In this document: positions 14,906 to 29,011 of the stretch, piece after piece | Position numbering within the stretch: position 1 is the stretch's first letter | How the letters are laid out: the number at the start of each line of letters is the position of its first letter | Origin: Balanoglossus misakiensis | Taxonomy: Eukaryota > Animalia > Hemichordata | Assembly: GCA_040954595.2 (NCBI GenBank) | Contig: CM082589.2 | Span: 648,988 to 712,987 of the forward strand | DNA: 64,000 nucleotides | Reading direction: 5' to 3' | Notes under the pieces: generated by a model | The model's input: only the letters and a program-made list of their open reading frames with translations | Databases searched by the model: none | What the model was told of the DNA's origin: nothing | Made by a program: the position numbers and the translations under genes

Positions 14906-16019
14906 GTAAATCCAGAGTTACTGACCTAAGTTGCTGGTCACTAATTTAATTTACATATTTAATCAGCTTGAACTCACGATTTATGTCCATAAGTACGACA
15001 CCAAAATGTGATGAAAATTGCCAACAATTACGTACAGTCACTGCACTAGAATATATCCACAGAGTATGACACACACCCATCCAACTGGGGGTCATATTTA
15101 GTTCACATCTGGTTATGATTTTTATGTCAAGAGTTATTGCTTAAATATGTCTGAGGTGACTCATTTGAACCTGACTCAAGGACTATCTAAGTGATGACTG
15201 TCAGCTGGTTTGTTATGAGATGACAGGTGTTGTAACTGTGACGTTCCTGGGCATGACGACAAAGGGAGAGTGGACTCAGACAGGCCTGTGCATGCCAATG
15301 ATTATTGTGCAATATTCCTTCTGACACTGGGTTCAAAACTTGTTGGAAACATTTCCAAAGTCCTTTGCAGACATGCCCTGACTCATTTCATTACGATATA
15401 TTTTCGTCCTGTGTTTTCTTGATCTATTTATCCCCTATGGACAATGCCATTGACAATGACCTGTTATCAATTAACAGTCACATCACGGTGTTTACAACAC
15501 TACCCTCGCCGAGTTCCTTTGTTTTCATGGGACTCATGGAAATTGTGCCACGTGCTAGCGGGGAATTACCTATATACTAGTATTGCTCGCCCGTAGGGGT
15601 ATTAACATGATATTGAACAATTACATTTATAACGGGGGCACGATTACAGTTTGATATGCCACCAGAACAAGATAGTGTCCGACGAATGATTTTCTTCATA
15701 TGTGTTACGTGTGTCATGAATGTGAAGGTACAGAAGTACTGTCTTGTTCTGGGCAGTATTATGAAACTGTACTCATGAAACGTGATAACATTAGATGGTA
15801 CTGTAGGCTTACCTGTTGGTTGGTACGTTGGTTGATGAATTGGACTTCGGTAAGCCTGAAGGAACGCGGCAGCTTCTTTCGACAGAGTCCTGCAAATTTT
15901 CCCCAGAAGTTCTTTAACACCCAGGAACAGGCAATCATCCTCGTCAACCTCTTCACACGTTTCTGCTTCTATTCCTAACGTTTTTTGGGGGCAATGGGTA
16001 TCGTCCTCGGACACGATGC

Positions 16020-16205
16020 TTCCTCCGTGAAAATGGCGACGCGAATGAAGTGGCGTGTACAAATTTGTGAAACCACCTGGTTAACCTGAGCTTTTCATTG
16101 CGGTTTGGCCTCTCTCAACCAATGGAATTCTCTGTATGCAGTTCTGCACTATCCACCTTTTAATTGGCTTATAGGAAAGCAGTGTGTACTTCATGATTGG
16201 TCATG
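16020..16205 (-). promoter_or_regulatory. Promoter-like element in the gene desert
   Basis: Three CCAAT/ATTGG boxes (~16119, ~16173, ~16196), YY1 motif CGCCATTTT on the - strand (~16030-16038), and a CAG|GTAAGC donor ~220 nt downstream at 15812. Confidence 0.45.
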
Positions 16206-19200
16206 TTTTACACCAGGTGTTGGTGACTTGTCGGACAAAGCACTCGTGTCGTGCAATCGTCCAGATATTGAACTCCCTCGTGCATTTCGATACATCTGTT
16301 ACCATAGCTTCACCGGCAACATATGCAAGGTGCACGACGACCACAAGTCAAAACTCAACGTGACCTATCAGTTCAGTTTTATAGCGTCGCGTCAAAAAAA
16401 CTTGTCTTACAAAATCTGGCGAATTTTAATAATATTGTCTCTTGAATACTGCATAATTGATGTATCTGCTTGGAAGTATATGGACATGATTCGAATTCCA
16501 TTGCAATCATTCCACTGTGTCACATTACATATTTTGTCGAGATTCCAAGGTTGAAATCGTCAGATATTTATGATTTTTCCTCTCAGGCTTTATAAATAAT
16601 GCGACGAAAAATATCAAAAGTATTTACATAATTATTTTACCGGGACGTGACTTTGCAAGTGGGTTTTCTGTGTCATTCTTTGATTATTTTACTTTAAAAT
16701 TAAATTGATTGACGTTGATATTCAAATTACTGCACTGGAGTATTATTCGCACGACACAAACACCTGAACTGCATAGAGTATTTGAACAACCTGATTCGCA
16801 TGAAATATCAAAACAGTAGATGCCTATAAGGCATCGTTAACATTTATCACCAAATCCCAAGGTTACCATGGGAAGCAACAGCATAGTGACCATTCTCTAA
16901 GTCTGGTATCTAAGCCCGCAAGATGTTTGAATGATTTGTCAGCGTGCGAATCCATTGATAGCAACTTTCTCTCTGTGTGACGTCACAATGCAAGGTGCAG
17001 AAGGTGTGAAATGAAGACAACATGAACAAAGAAGCGGGGGTCAGAGGTCAAAGCATCGACGTACGGCGCTCCGGGCACCGTGAGACGTCATGCGTACGCG
17101 TCACGCTGAGATTGACAGCAACGAGACACGTCAAAGGAAAAGAACCTTATGGTTTCAACCATTTCTGCTTGGAGATTGATCCGATTTGGTGAATAAAGGA
17201 CATTGCCACGAATGAAAGCATGACATTATCATATATGTTCACATATGCAACATTACTTATGACAGGTGTAGCGTCATTGGTACCAAATACCTTGATCATG
17301 CCAACTTAGGTATTTTGAATAACATTCCGTATATGATGGTAATTTAAAAAAGGAACAATGACAGAAATGAACGATATAATCTACACGTATCAAACGACTC
17401 TGTCAGTTGGATCCGCGTACTTCCACAGTTTTGGAAGGAAGTGCGTGATACGTGGTCCACTTGGCGCACTGCCAAAACTTTTTCTACAGACAAACTCTTT
17501 GAACGTATCCTGGAAAAGAAAATATTGGAGTGGAAGTAATCACGCCAAAAATACCGTAATTATACCATTGCTGTTAATGTGAACATGGCATTATTTCTAC
17601 TGAAAACCCAACAATTTTTACTGTAATGACAATCCCATGCGAAATGCAGCAAATGCCTGCAACAGACCCTGGTCCACGTGACATCGACAAGGCCTGTAAA
17701 ATTGATATGATTTCGGGGCTGTAATGACCGACCTGATACACTTTTCATGGCCGTATGCAGCGGGCCAATGTCTACCTGTGTACTCGACTATGTAACATAT
17801 TGTTGAATTATCGGAGAACATATGTTCGCATGCAAACAATTTTCATTTTGGACTACAGCACAAGTCTGCGGTCACACAGTACTACATCGTACGGTTAGCC
17901 CTGCGTACAGGTCTGTGTGTTCAGTGCCTGTAGGTCCGCACAGACCCTCGAAATGCCCAAACCATCAAAATGTCCGCTACGGGTCAAAGAAAACGGAATG
18001 CACCCGTGAAAGATTCTTTTCTATAACTTTCTTTCAAGATGCGTGATATATGTTTCATGCAAAACAACCTAGAGCTATGCCCACGTCCCAAGCATGAACG
18101 CAAAATGACCCATACCGAGCCTGGTGTACTTTTTGTATATTATTTGAGCATTGAAAAGTCTTGGTACCAAGTTTCAAAACTTCCCATAACATGAAAAGAC
18201 AAAAAATAAGAATGCGGACTTTAGAAACAGCGTTAAATTTTGAGTCACAGTGTCATTGCAATGTCACACCACTAACATGCTTTGCAGTGGCGCTACACAA
18301 TAAACTGGGCAGAGAACAGATTGTAGCATAATTAATGCGGGTAACGTCTGGTGATCCGTGTAATTTGCTTTTCCTGTATGAAATGATTTCCATTTGAGAC
18401 TTTCAGAAAATGACCTTGTGTTGAAGGTCGGATGAAACAAGAGGGAACGACGCACGGACGGACGAAAAACGTGAACGGATGCGGCGATTACGTCGTAAGC
18501 GTCAACTTTGGAACGCCAAAGAAAACCTTTCGGCTGGAAAGTTTGATTTACGCGTGTGAAAGCTAGTGTCTTTCGGGTTCCTTGTGTCGGGTTTCCTCCG
18601 TCTTGTTGCCCTTACAAACGAGGCGACATATTTTCTGTGCGGTAGATGTCTTAGGATCGGTGTTACAAGACGTCAACCAAATTGTTGACGATTTTTATTA
18701 GTACAAGCGAATAAAACCGTTATCCTATAACGGGCAGGGGTGGAGGTAAGACATTGTTGGCTGACCATGGAATAACAGTCTCTCCATTATAGTTTTTGTC
18801 GGACAAATTCTCGGCATCCTTTACCATGTAGAAACTATAAAACAAGTGGCAAACGGGAGTTAGTCAACCACAGCACCAAGGTGAACAATGGTTTTACAAT
18901 CTGATTTTTATGATCATGGTCGTTGCATTCAACAATGGCCCAGGAGTACATCGCCCAAATCCTTTTGTGGTCCGACGTTTTGTAAGAGACTGTCCACCCA
19001 GATTTGTAATTTACTTTCTCAGAATGAAACAAAATAACCATGCGAAATAAAAAAGCGAGCCTATTGACTCTACTTTTATTTTATGAACAATTTTTATGGA
19101 TGTCTAGACGACCTGGCCAGGATCAATGAAGCCAGCCAAACGTTTTAATATTCTTAAACGATTGTAAAAATAGGAGCGGTTGTGGTTCGCTTGATATGAA

Positions 19201-20635
19201 TGTCCTCGTAAAAGTTGAAGTAACGAGTTACTTGTTTAGTTTTAGCGTTCATAAACTGGAGTGATGAGACCACTTTCTGGACCATTGGTACTCCGATGAT
19301 ATAACCACGAGACGTCGCTCGGCGCGGTGTTAACTGGATCACTGGGAACCGTCTGGCATCTCCGCTCACCTTGTCAACACTAAGCCTCTCTAATCCGTTC
19401 TGAGAACGCAACCACTTTCATAAAAGCAATCACCATTCGCGATGGATGACTTAACAAGTATAACGTTTTATGGCCTTGTGTTTGTGTGCCGTCCCCTTTT
19501 CTTTAAGACGAAAATGGTCCGTAACATTCTGGCCAATGCTTATGTAAACGGATCGGATACTACGATTGTTGAACTTCCCTAATACTCGATTAAATCCGAC
19601 TTTGAGTATCAATAAACGACCCATAAAAATTTGCTTTTCACCCTCATCAAGATCATTCACCGTTTACTTGATTATGACGTATCGATGTCAGTAAATATTG
19701 TTTTCATGGCTACTTGATCTACCGATACTACGCGGTTCAAGTAAAGTCGTCTGAGTCTCAGACGGATTCTTCTTAGCGAGGCCAAATTAAATACTGTTTT
19801 TCTTTCTGTTCACTCTCTCAGTTTTCGTTGATTGATTTGCGTGGTTGCTTTTCTTTCCCCCAAAATAAAATCCTCCTAAAGGAAGTTTTTTTATCGCTTA
19901 AATCCACAAGTGTCATCACAAAAAAGGAGAATAATTGCTCTTTTGTGGAGTGAAGGCCATGAAAGTCGTCTCTAAGTACTCATTGCAACATGTCTGACTT
20001 TTTTTCTGTGCAACTGTTTTGATCCTGTGATTCTTATCAGAGAAGAAACACACCAACAACCAGAAAAGGAACTGTCGATTTGCATCTTCTACAATGTCAA
20101 AAATGTTCAGTATGAAACGGACTTCACGCGTAGCGACCTTAAATTACACGCTGAGTGGTTGAAAATGATTCTAAAATCGACACCCTTATCGTGTTCGTCA
20201 AGTTCATGTTCGTACTTTGCCAGACAAGTGATACGACAACGATATCATTAGCTGCACATCCATGCAGGCGAGATGTTCCCACGAGATGCTAAACAAACCG
20301 TTGAGTTTGCCAAAAGACAGCAGACACACACGCGCGCTCCTTGGAGGAGTTCGTCGGGGGTTAAGATGGACGTCACAGGAACCCATTCAAGGGTGGATAA
20401 TATATCCGAAAGAAGATGCCGACGCTGTCGTGAATCACTCGTGAGACGAAGCTTGCAAGGTCACCTTGAGAATGCCGAGGATGACCGGGAGAGGGCCACC
20501 TTTTCATTTGAGACGCCGCTCGCAGCTTTCGCCAATCGATAAACAAATGATCATCGTACAACTGCTGTTATTTGAAGTGACTGTAGTAGTATATCAGAGA
20601 ATAAATTTTCGAAGACAGAAGCGATGTTCTACGTA

Positions 20636-20740
20636 CATACAATACAATACGGTGCAGTGTGGTGCGAGATGATGTACTACAACACAATACCATATACAAT
20701 GTAATGTAATGTAGTACATAACATTATAATACAATACAAA
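20636..20740. repeat. Degenerate pentamer satellite (CAATA/TGTAA)
   Basis: Directly visible 5 bp periodicity. Confidence 0.7.
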
Positions 20741-23700
20741 TTACGAAAATAAAGCAAATACAAAAAAACGTGAATGAACACGTAGGGGTAACAAACGGTC
20801 AAGTATAATGAATAGCTCAACACATTATGAACAGTTTGTTTTGGTAGTGACCTTGACTTTCTGCATGAGTCATAACTGTAATGCAATTAACAGGGTTTGG
20901 GGTTGTTCTAAAGTTCCACTTTACACTTCACACTTCACACAATACCTGTAGTTGTACTCTCACAAATAAAAACTGGTATGCGGACATGTACTTCTAGTTC
21001 ACAACATGTGAGTATTTTATTGGTTCTTGGAAAGTTGCCAAGCCCATTGACGGGGAAACTGTTTAGGACATTGAACTCCTGCGAGTTTCTCTAGACGCGG
21101 TGTGACTCATCGAGACTATTATGGGTTTCATTTTCACTTTTTCCAGGTTGATAAGTGACAAATATCGGAGTGAAAGTCAAAACTCACAAAATGCATCCAA
21201 TTTCAGAGACTATATAAAATAAACACTAAACCATTGCGAAAACTAGGAGAGATATAGGCCTAAATTATCGCTTAAATTTAGATATGAATGTTATGATAAA
21301 GAATTTTGATCTGAGCGATCCCTCGCGGATATCTGCACCAACTGCGCCTATAAACCGCTAAACCGGAACTAATGATTCATCTCATGCATAATTCAGTTTT
21401 CCCAGAGCGGCGTTGTAATTCTGACATTATGGTATCAGAACTCACCACTTTATGTAACGCTTCTGTAATTCAATTAAAATTAATATCGATATCGTTATTA
21501 TTTCTCTCTTCCCTTGAGGACAAACATACATTACTTGGTTACAGGCAATCATAAATTTAAAGCCTAAGAATAATAAATAATTTCGTGTCATATCCATAAA
21601 AAATTAGAGATGACATCTCAGACCTCTGTTTATAATGACCATGCTCTTACATTTAAATATCATGAAAATCTGTTGGGGTTTACTGTAAAAAACATAAATT
21701 ATACATTATTATCATCGATAGGCCCTAACAGATATTAGCATCACTGCAGTGTGCAGATGGTCTTGATATGGGTCAATGATTTGTACAAATATAACCTGGG
21801 TTGCTTGCAAAAACATTGCACCTAGACAACATCTGATGAAATCCTCTTTATGCAGACAGCTTCCTGGCAATTTCCGTCACGTCTGAGATACTGGAGATGA
21901 TTTCTGATTGACTCGCGTTTAATTTATACGTTGTAACCGACAGGGGCTTATTGTGTCTACTACTAAAACGGGCACATTTCATCGGAAACGGAGAGATTTT
22001 ATGATGAAGGTGATAATACAAGCGGTAACCCCGGCGACGATAACGGGTGATTTTATTGCCTCCTCGATTTTTTAGTCGTGACATCCAATTTCATGACAGA
22101 TACATATGTAGAACAACTTATAGAAAATGTTCATGTTCAAACAAAACTGGCGCGTAACTCTTTAAAATTCCTGTATCATACTTGCATCCACGTGTTGATA
22201 TATGTAGGAGCATTATTGACCTTTTTCTGTTATTGACAATTGACTTAAAAGGGCAAGTTCTGTGCCCGGGGCATTTCAGTGGCAAATAATGAAACCCTGT
22301 CTGTAGCTCACAACTGGTTATTAGAAACAAAAGATCAATTGCTCCGTGACCTCTCCTATTAAATACGTATTATAACAAATACAGGAAACCATCCCTTAAA
22401 CGGCGCGTAAAAATTTTACTTTGTCATCTTTAGAATAATGAAATTTTGAAATGGATTACTTGCATTAGTATTAAAAATATCGTTATACTTATAGGGTTAT
22501 TTGTTTCATTTCGGGTTTTAAGCGAGCCTTTGTAATAGATTTTGTTGAAACTCTATTGGTATCAGGCATATAGTGGTAGATTATCAACGCAGTCACGACG
22601 TATCGACGTTCTCCTATCTTGATTGATTGTGGGGTTCAACAGATGTTGGGATGAAAATAACAATTGGCGTTTATAACTGTCCTATTTTCATGTTTGTTAA
22701 CACCATCTTATACCTGCCACGTCACAACTGTCCCTCATATGACCGATGACGTCGCTTCATTCGTTGAGGAAAAACTCGGAAACGGCAGGTTTCTAAATCA
22801 CACGGTCACGACTTTCATCAGTTCATTTTACGCATCATATTATAATCTAAGCTCATAAAAGGTCCGCTAGTGCTAAGCTGAGCTGGTTCTACACGTCCTT
22901 CTGTGGACAGTGATCGGATTAGACAGGGTGTGTTCTGAGTCCGTGTGTTTCTTTAAACCGGCGACAATCACACTTATCAGCACGTCTCGCTTCATCGGTC
23001 AAATTCGTATCAAAATTCAACCGTATTTGCTCTACTTTGTTATCCTGAACTTATCTGAAATTCAATATTTGTGACGCGTATTTGATACTTTTTAAAATTT
23101 AATCAACGTCATCGCAACACGTGGGGGTTTCCCACACACGATTGCGAGACTTTGTTGACATGTTGATGGTAACCGGTCCTGGCGTACCAAAAGTTCGTCC
23201 ATTCAGTTTCTACAATCTTGAGAGCTCACCGGATGTGAAAAGCCGTCTGCGTCGCGATAAAAATAACTCCGCATGCTCAAAAAACAACACCAGTACCTGC
23301 ATTCACCGGACGCAAGCGGGCGCTAATGACTCGAGTCTTGGCAGGTTGCCAAACAGGTGCAGAAAATTTGGAACAAAGAGAAAAATGTTTGTGAGATGGT
23401 GACCGTGGATGGACAGTAAAAAATGCTCACTGTAATGTGAACGTCTAGACTTCAGCCCACTTCACGGATCATTTCCTATGAATCTTGCATAATGTGCTTA
23501 AAAGATAACGCGAGCTGAGTAAAATCCGTTGAAAAGCGCAAGTGTGATTCGCTAACGTGTCAGTCGATGAACAGTTGAAAAGGGTGATAGACAAACGGCG
23601 GTCAAGACAGAAAGATCTTTTTTCGTTGCCAGTGTTCATCCGTAAATTACGGTTGGTTTTGAACAAAAACTACCAGCATAGCTCCAGAAATAGAACTATG

Positions 23701-26700
23701 CCCCCACCATCCCAGCCTATATATAAATAAAGTTGCGGCATTTTATTCGTCATTGGTAGAGACATTTGACAAAAAGAATGATCAGTACACGTTGGCATAT
23801 TACTAGTATGCGTCAGACAGGTCCGCATTTGGAGCTATTGTCATGGCAACGGTGCCATGATGAGACACCGTGAATAATAAATGCTTGTTGCAGTTTTGGC
23901 AACGATCCAAGACTGGTATTGTTTGGAAGTGGAAAAAAAATATCGCGCTCAGAGTTTTAACAAAACGTCGCGGCAGGTGGGTCCAGAAAACTACCATTCT
24001 GCAAAATAAGAGATTTTTAAATGGGTTTCAGATCCCTCTCCGTGTTAACATATACATACATACAGATCTAAGGTTAAAATACTCAAGGTTTTTGACTGGT
24101 ACGAAAAACAGCTGGCCTTCAAAAGAAATATTACATCTCTACTTGGCGCGTGTCCGCCACGCGATGCTTTTTTATATGTAAATTAGAGTTACGTCTTATG
24201 TAATCACAACTTTAAGTCTTGTAATAAAATGATATCTAAATTTTACGGTTTGGAGAGAGACAGAGACAGAGAGAGGGAGAGGGTGGGTGGAGGGGAGAGA
24301 TTTGAAACTGGGGGCGTCATGCACAAAGCCACAGACAAAACAGTTCTCTTTGTGATAGAGCCATTACAAACGGTACCTTTAAATTTAACAAGAATAATAC
24401 ACGATGACGCCTCCGCTTAGAAATTCTACGCCCGATTATCATAACACGGATATAACTGACGCCGAAACTTCAAAGATTAAGTCCGCTGCCTCCATTGTTC
24501 CTACGTAAAACCAATTGTTTAATCAATTACCGTTATTCGCAAAAAGCCCCTCTCATTAAAATACCAGTCTTCCTCCGTCGCCCGTGTTACGCTTTCGTGA
24601 ACAAAAAGCGTAACCAAGGCCCCGAAGCCTTCGGCGTGAAAGGGTGACATAAGTTTGATCATTTCACCCCCGCTTTCCTGGATAATGGTTCAACCGAGTC
24701 ATTGAACACGATGGGATTGTACCATTCTGGGGTAGTGACTGAAATGATGACAAGAAAACTGACACTGTGTCTCTCTTCTTTTCAGAATTAATCCGCAAAG
24801 GGACTGACAGTGACATTCTGCAGTGAAATCTCATTAAGCTGAAGCTAATTGGCTATGGTCTCTTCAACATAGAATACTTTCACACTTTTGCTTTAGAGAC
24901 GCATCCACCATCATCTCCCCCGGAAGATGACGGTGTAAAGCGCTGTTGTCAGTGCAGGGGGCGCTCCGATCATCTACGGTCTAAGTGCGTATCGAGGGAC
25001 GCATGTGGCGTTTCAAATTATTATATTTTATCGATATCTATTGTATATATGTATTATTTTACACCACTTGCTTCAATTTTCAAAAAAATCATTAGAGATC
25101 AGCCACCACACACCTGACATGACGTCATACGATCCTCTCCTCCAAAAATGCCAATTTAGAGAAAGAAAATATGACTCATTAATATCGATAGAAATATGAC
25201 ACAAAACATGAATTCTAATGAAATTCGATAACCATCATTGAGTCTTATTAATGATGAGCTGTTTAGCAGTTGGCAAACTTGACAGATTGGAACCGTAATG
25301 TTTATTCAAAAAGGATACCAGGAAATGAATCATTTATAAAGACTTCGAACGAGTAATTTTATTTCAGTAATAATTTAGAAAAACACATCCCCTCTGCAAT
25401 TTAGGTTTTTATTGTTCCAGTTCCCCATTATAGATCACCAAGATTACTGAATGACTACTGAATTGATATGCAAATTGCCTACACGCGTAAATGTTGGTAG
25501 GTGAGCGTCCAAATTTACATTTTCGTTGTTTCATGCCAACGAGCGGACGTACGTGCAAGTAATTTTTAAATAATTTTCCTTTTTCACTGGTATGTCTATT
25601 AATAAAATTCTATTACCATTCGTTCTGCGCCTGTGAGAACCTCTGCGACCGTTTGAATATACTATTATGGAAACCTTCTGAGACAGTTGTAGTTTGTACT
25701 CAAGATATAACAGTGGTCGCATTTGAAATTGTGTTGTTAAAACACAAGAATGATATGTTGTCATGGTAACTGATTAGTTAGGTAACTTTTCGGTAAGGTA
25801 TAGAACTGATGAAGAAAGAAAAAAAGGGAATTAAAATCGCTGACGATCTTTATCTGGCAAAGTATTAAGCCCACCAAAAATGGTTTTGAATCGGACTCGC
25901 TCTAGTAGTCTAAAATATTCACGCTAATGTTTTGAATGGCCTTCGAGAATTCTAGCTGATTACTCTCTGTTGGCCAAATAGAAGATATATGGTGGTAATA
26001 AAAGCGAGCCTACTCAGTTCGAAGGTCGTATTGGCAATTTGGCATGTGAAGCATGTATTAGCTAGCTTCGGTGACTGAAAACATGACTAGACTCTAAGTT
26101 GTTGAATTCGGTGTTTGAATCCAATTTATAGCGCCGAAACAAATGTTGTCAGAGTGGTAAAAGACACTCGCTTATCAGATTTGTAAAATAAGTATATCTG
26201 TTGAGTACAAAATAATACTGTTAAGTCCCAATTGTAATATACATGATATAAAGTGCGCTTCAACGCGTCTCTGACAAGTTAAGAAACGGTTGTGTTTACA
26301 ATATAATGTTTCATGCGTGTGGACGCGTCTCGGAAAGTCCTCAGAACCTCTGAACCGATACTCGAATTCTCGAACCGTGCAATTCCTAAAACCCTGAAAT
26401 TATAATGTAAATCTGTGTGTAATTACGTAGAGGGTACGGTGGCCCCATTAGCTTGACGCGTGACGGCAGCGCGTGTTATGATTGTATCAGGGCGCGCGCG
26501 CGACAGTGCACGACGCGATACGCAAAGTTTGCGCGACTCAAAAATGTGAGATATGCTGGCTTGTACTTTGGTATAGACGTTGTCATGGGAGCCTTATACT
26601 CTAAGCGATGTGGGTTATTATGTGTTTACGGGAACACGTACCACGTCGACAAACAACCCGCAAGGGTTTTTATTTTGCAGTGGAAATCAACCATGATTTA

Positions 26701-26757
26701 TGTATCTTGAATTAACTGGTCACGTGATTGGTGTTCATGTCACGTTCGTTTGATTTT

Positions 26758-26830
26758 GAGAGAGAGAGAGAGAAAGAAAGAGAGAGGGGGGGGGAGACAG
26801 ATAGAGAGGATGGAGGGAAGGAGAGAGAAA
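26758..26830. repeat. Polypurine (GA/G) tract
   Basis: Directly visible. Confidence 0.85.
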
Positions 26831-28959
26831 GATTGACGAAAAAATGCTAACACTTTGAAATTGTGTTCTTAGAAATTGAGAAATAAACTACATCTAAATA
26901 TGTATTAATATGATCGTTGTCGATTATTATTTTATACGAAGCTGACTATGATCGTCTTAAACGCACACGTAAATGTGGACAGACGCGAATCACTCACGCT
27001 TCATCGAGACAAAAGGTTATCGAGATAGTTATCTTAGTCTCTGAGCTGATGCTGCTCGGGTCACACGCCGAACTCAAGTTCAAGCAGTCTGCAAGAGGAG
27101 TCTCTCGAGACGCGTGATCAGACGGCAGACGCGTTTAATGGCTATCAAGGCATTCAATGACAGTCTCTGAATAGTCAATGTGTTATTATGAGAGTTTGTA
27201 CTTCGATGTATATAGCCATGATAATTGATTTCATGTAAATTTCTCGAGAGATGGCAAATTTACAATTATTAAGTAGTATCTCCAAAAGAAATGCGCTGTT
27301 TGGGCGTCACCCCTCCCTTCTTTGTCTTTCGCCTTCCCCTCCACCTCAAAACTATTCCAAACACGTTATATAGAAGAACGTGACTAAAATTGAAGAATAA
27401 AGAACCTTGAATGTCATCGGTGTGCCTATTTCACAATGAAGAGTCATGAATTTAATTGAACTGGCAGTGATGTACTTTAAACTTGTATTTTGTCAACACA
27501 CTTTCTCAAATAATCTCTAGCTCTACGCCTCATGAACAGAAAGACATCCCTTGTGAACTAATAAACTACGACTTTTCTTCAAAGACTCGATTGCGATTTC
27601 GTTATCATGGTGTATCCTCAATGATGATATTGATTGTAAAATGAATGTCAAACATAATTTAACAGAGATAGACTTCATCGGAGCTCATTTAAAAATTATG
27701 ACAGCGGACGATGCGTGGCAGTGTTTGGGTGTTGCAAGTCAGGCTTCGGCAGCCGATGTCGGTCAATTTATTCTAATTAATTAGCAGGAATAACGGAATA
27801 TGCAAATACTATTAACACATAGCTTCTGTTCAGTCAATCTCATGAATATAACTGTTTAAAACAGTTATGCGACCACAAAACAAACAGAAAATCACGAAGG
27901 TGATTACTATAGTGTTCATTAATTAACGGAGTTATGCAAAGTGGGGCTGCAAGCAGCGTGATTTCCGATGGACATTTGAAACGCGCTGTTTGGGGTTGAT
28001 TAATTATCACTTGATTTTGTTTTCTTAATTAAAACCATTCACGCGCAGAAGCCCAGATAAGCCAGGTTCTTACAGAGGTGGACTAGTTAGCGTACCATTG
28101 TTTTTGGATGCTTCCGGCTGTGTGGTGATATTTTGGCCACCCGACTCTGGACGCAGATGCGTGGATGTCAAACTAGACTGGTGAATTCTCAGCAGACGAT
28201 ACCTTCATTGAATGTGTGTCAATCTTTGAGATTGGTTTTACACCCTTACGTTGACTTCAATGTCCTAACATTTTGTCTCGTTTCATTTTATGGCCACCAG
28301 TCTGTAGTAAATCATTACAGACGAAGAAATTAAGTTTTCTGCCTTGTCTTGTTCATCTGCGCGTAACTTTCACTCGCTGCTACGAAGAGTAAGGCGAGAT
28401 AACACGTTAAGTGCAAAGAGTAGTCTCAACTTATCTCATCTCAACCCTGCCTACATGTATCTGTCTCCCTCTCTCTATCTCCCCCTCTCTCCCCTACCCC
28501 TCTTAACAAAACCACTAATTGATCTTCTCTTCCTGTTTCCGCGTCAGTTTCGACTCGGTGTTTTGTTGCAGTGCTTAACACTAATTCCTCATTGGGCACA
28601 GACTTTGGTCGCTGGTAATCCCCCCTTCATGACATGAATGGAAAAGTCTTAGTCTGACGCGGGTCAATTAAGACTTCCAGGCCCAAACAATCAATGTGGG
28701 TGCCGCTAGCCTTTGTGACTTTTTTTGTTTTATGAACTAGGTCATCGCACCCGACTTGCCCACGTTGCGGTTTGGAAACAGAAGCCTCTGGAAAGAGTTT
28801 GCTGTGACAGTTTCATGGCTGTTTGCGGCACACGAGTTCAAGGATGTTGCCGAGAGTCGCAGGAAGTTTGCGTGTTGTCAGAGAGTATCCGTCACAAGTG
28901 ACAGATGAGAGAAAAAGTTGAAATCGTGACAAGAGAGGACTTGCTACGATGATTTATAC

Positions 28960-29011
28960 GAGAGAGAGAGGGGGAGAGAGAGGGAGAGAGAGAGAGAGAG
29001 GGGGGGGGGGA
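28960..29011. repeat. (GA)n plus poly-G tract
   Basis: Directly visible. Confidence 0.9.

Noticed and set aside
15577-16062. 161 aa ORF taken as a protein-coding gene
   Set aside because: TTG start, no in-frame ATG before the splice donor, no recognisable domain; kept only as part of the lncRNA candidate.
17640-18260. Possible MITE/transposon fragment
   Set aside because: Repeat-like texture, but I could not define TIRs, a TSD or a second copy.
19154-19660. Two adjacent minus-strand ORFs with a GTGAG donor near 19369
   Set aside because: Non-ATG starts, no linked exons or family signature found.
20204-20672. GC-richer block with several overlapping short ORFs
   Set aside because: No consistent frame or splice structure; more like a regulatory element.
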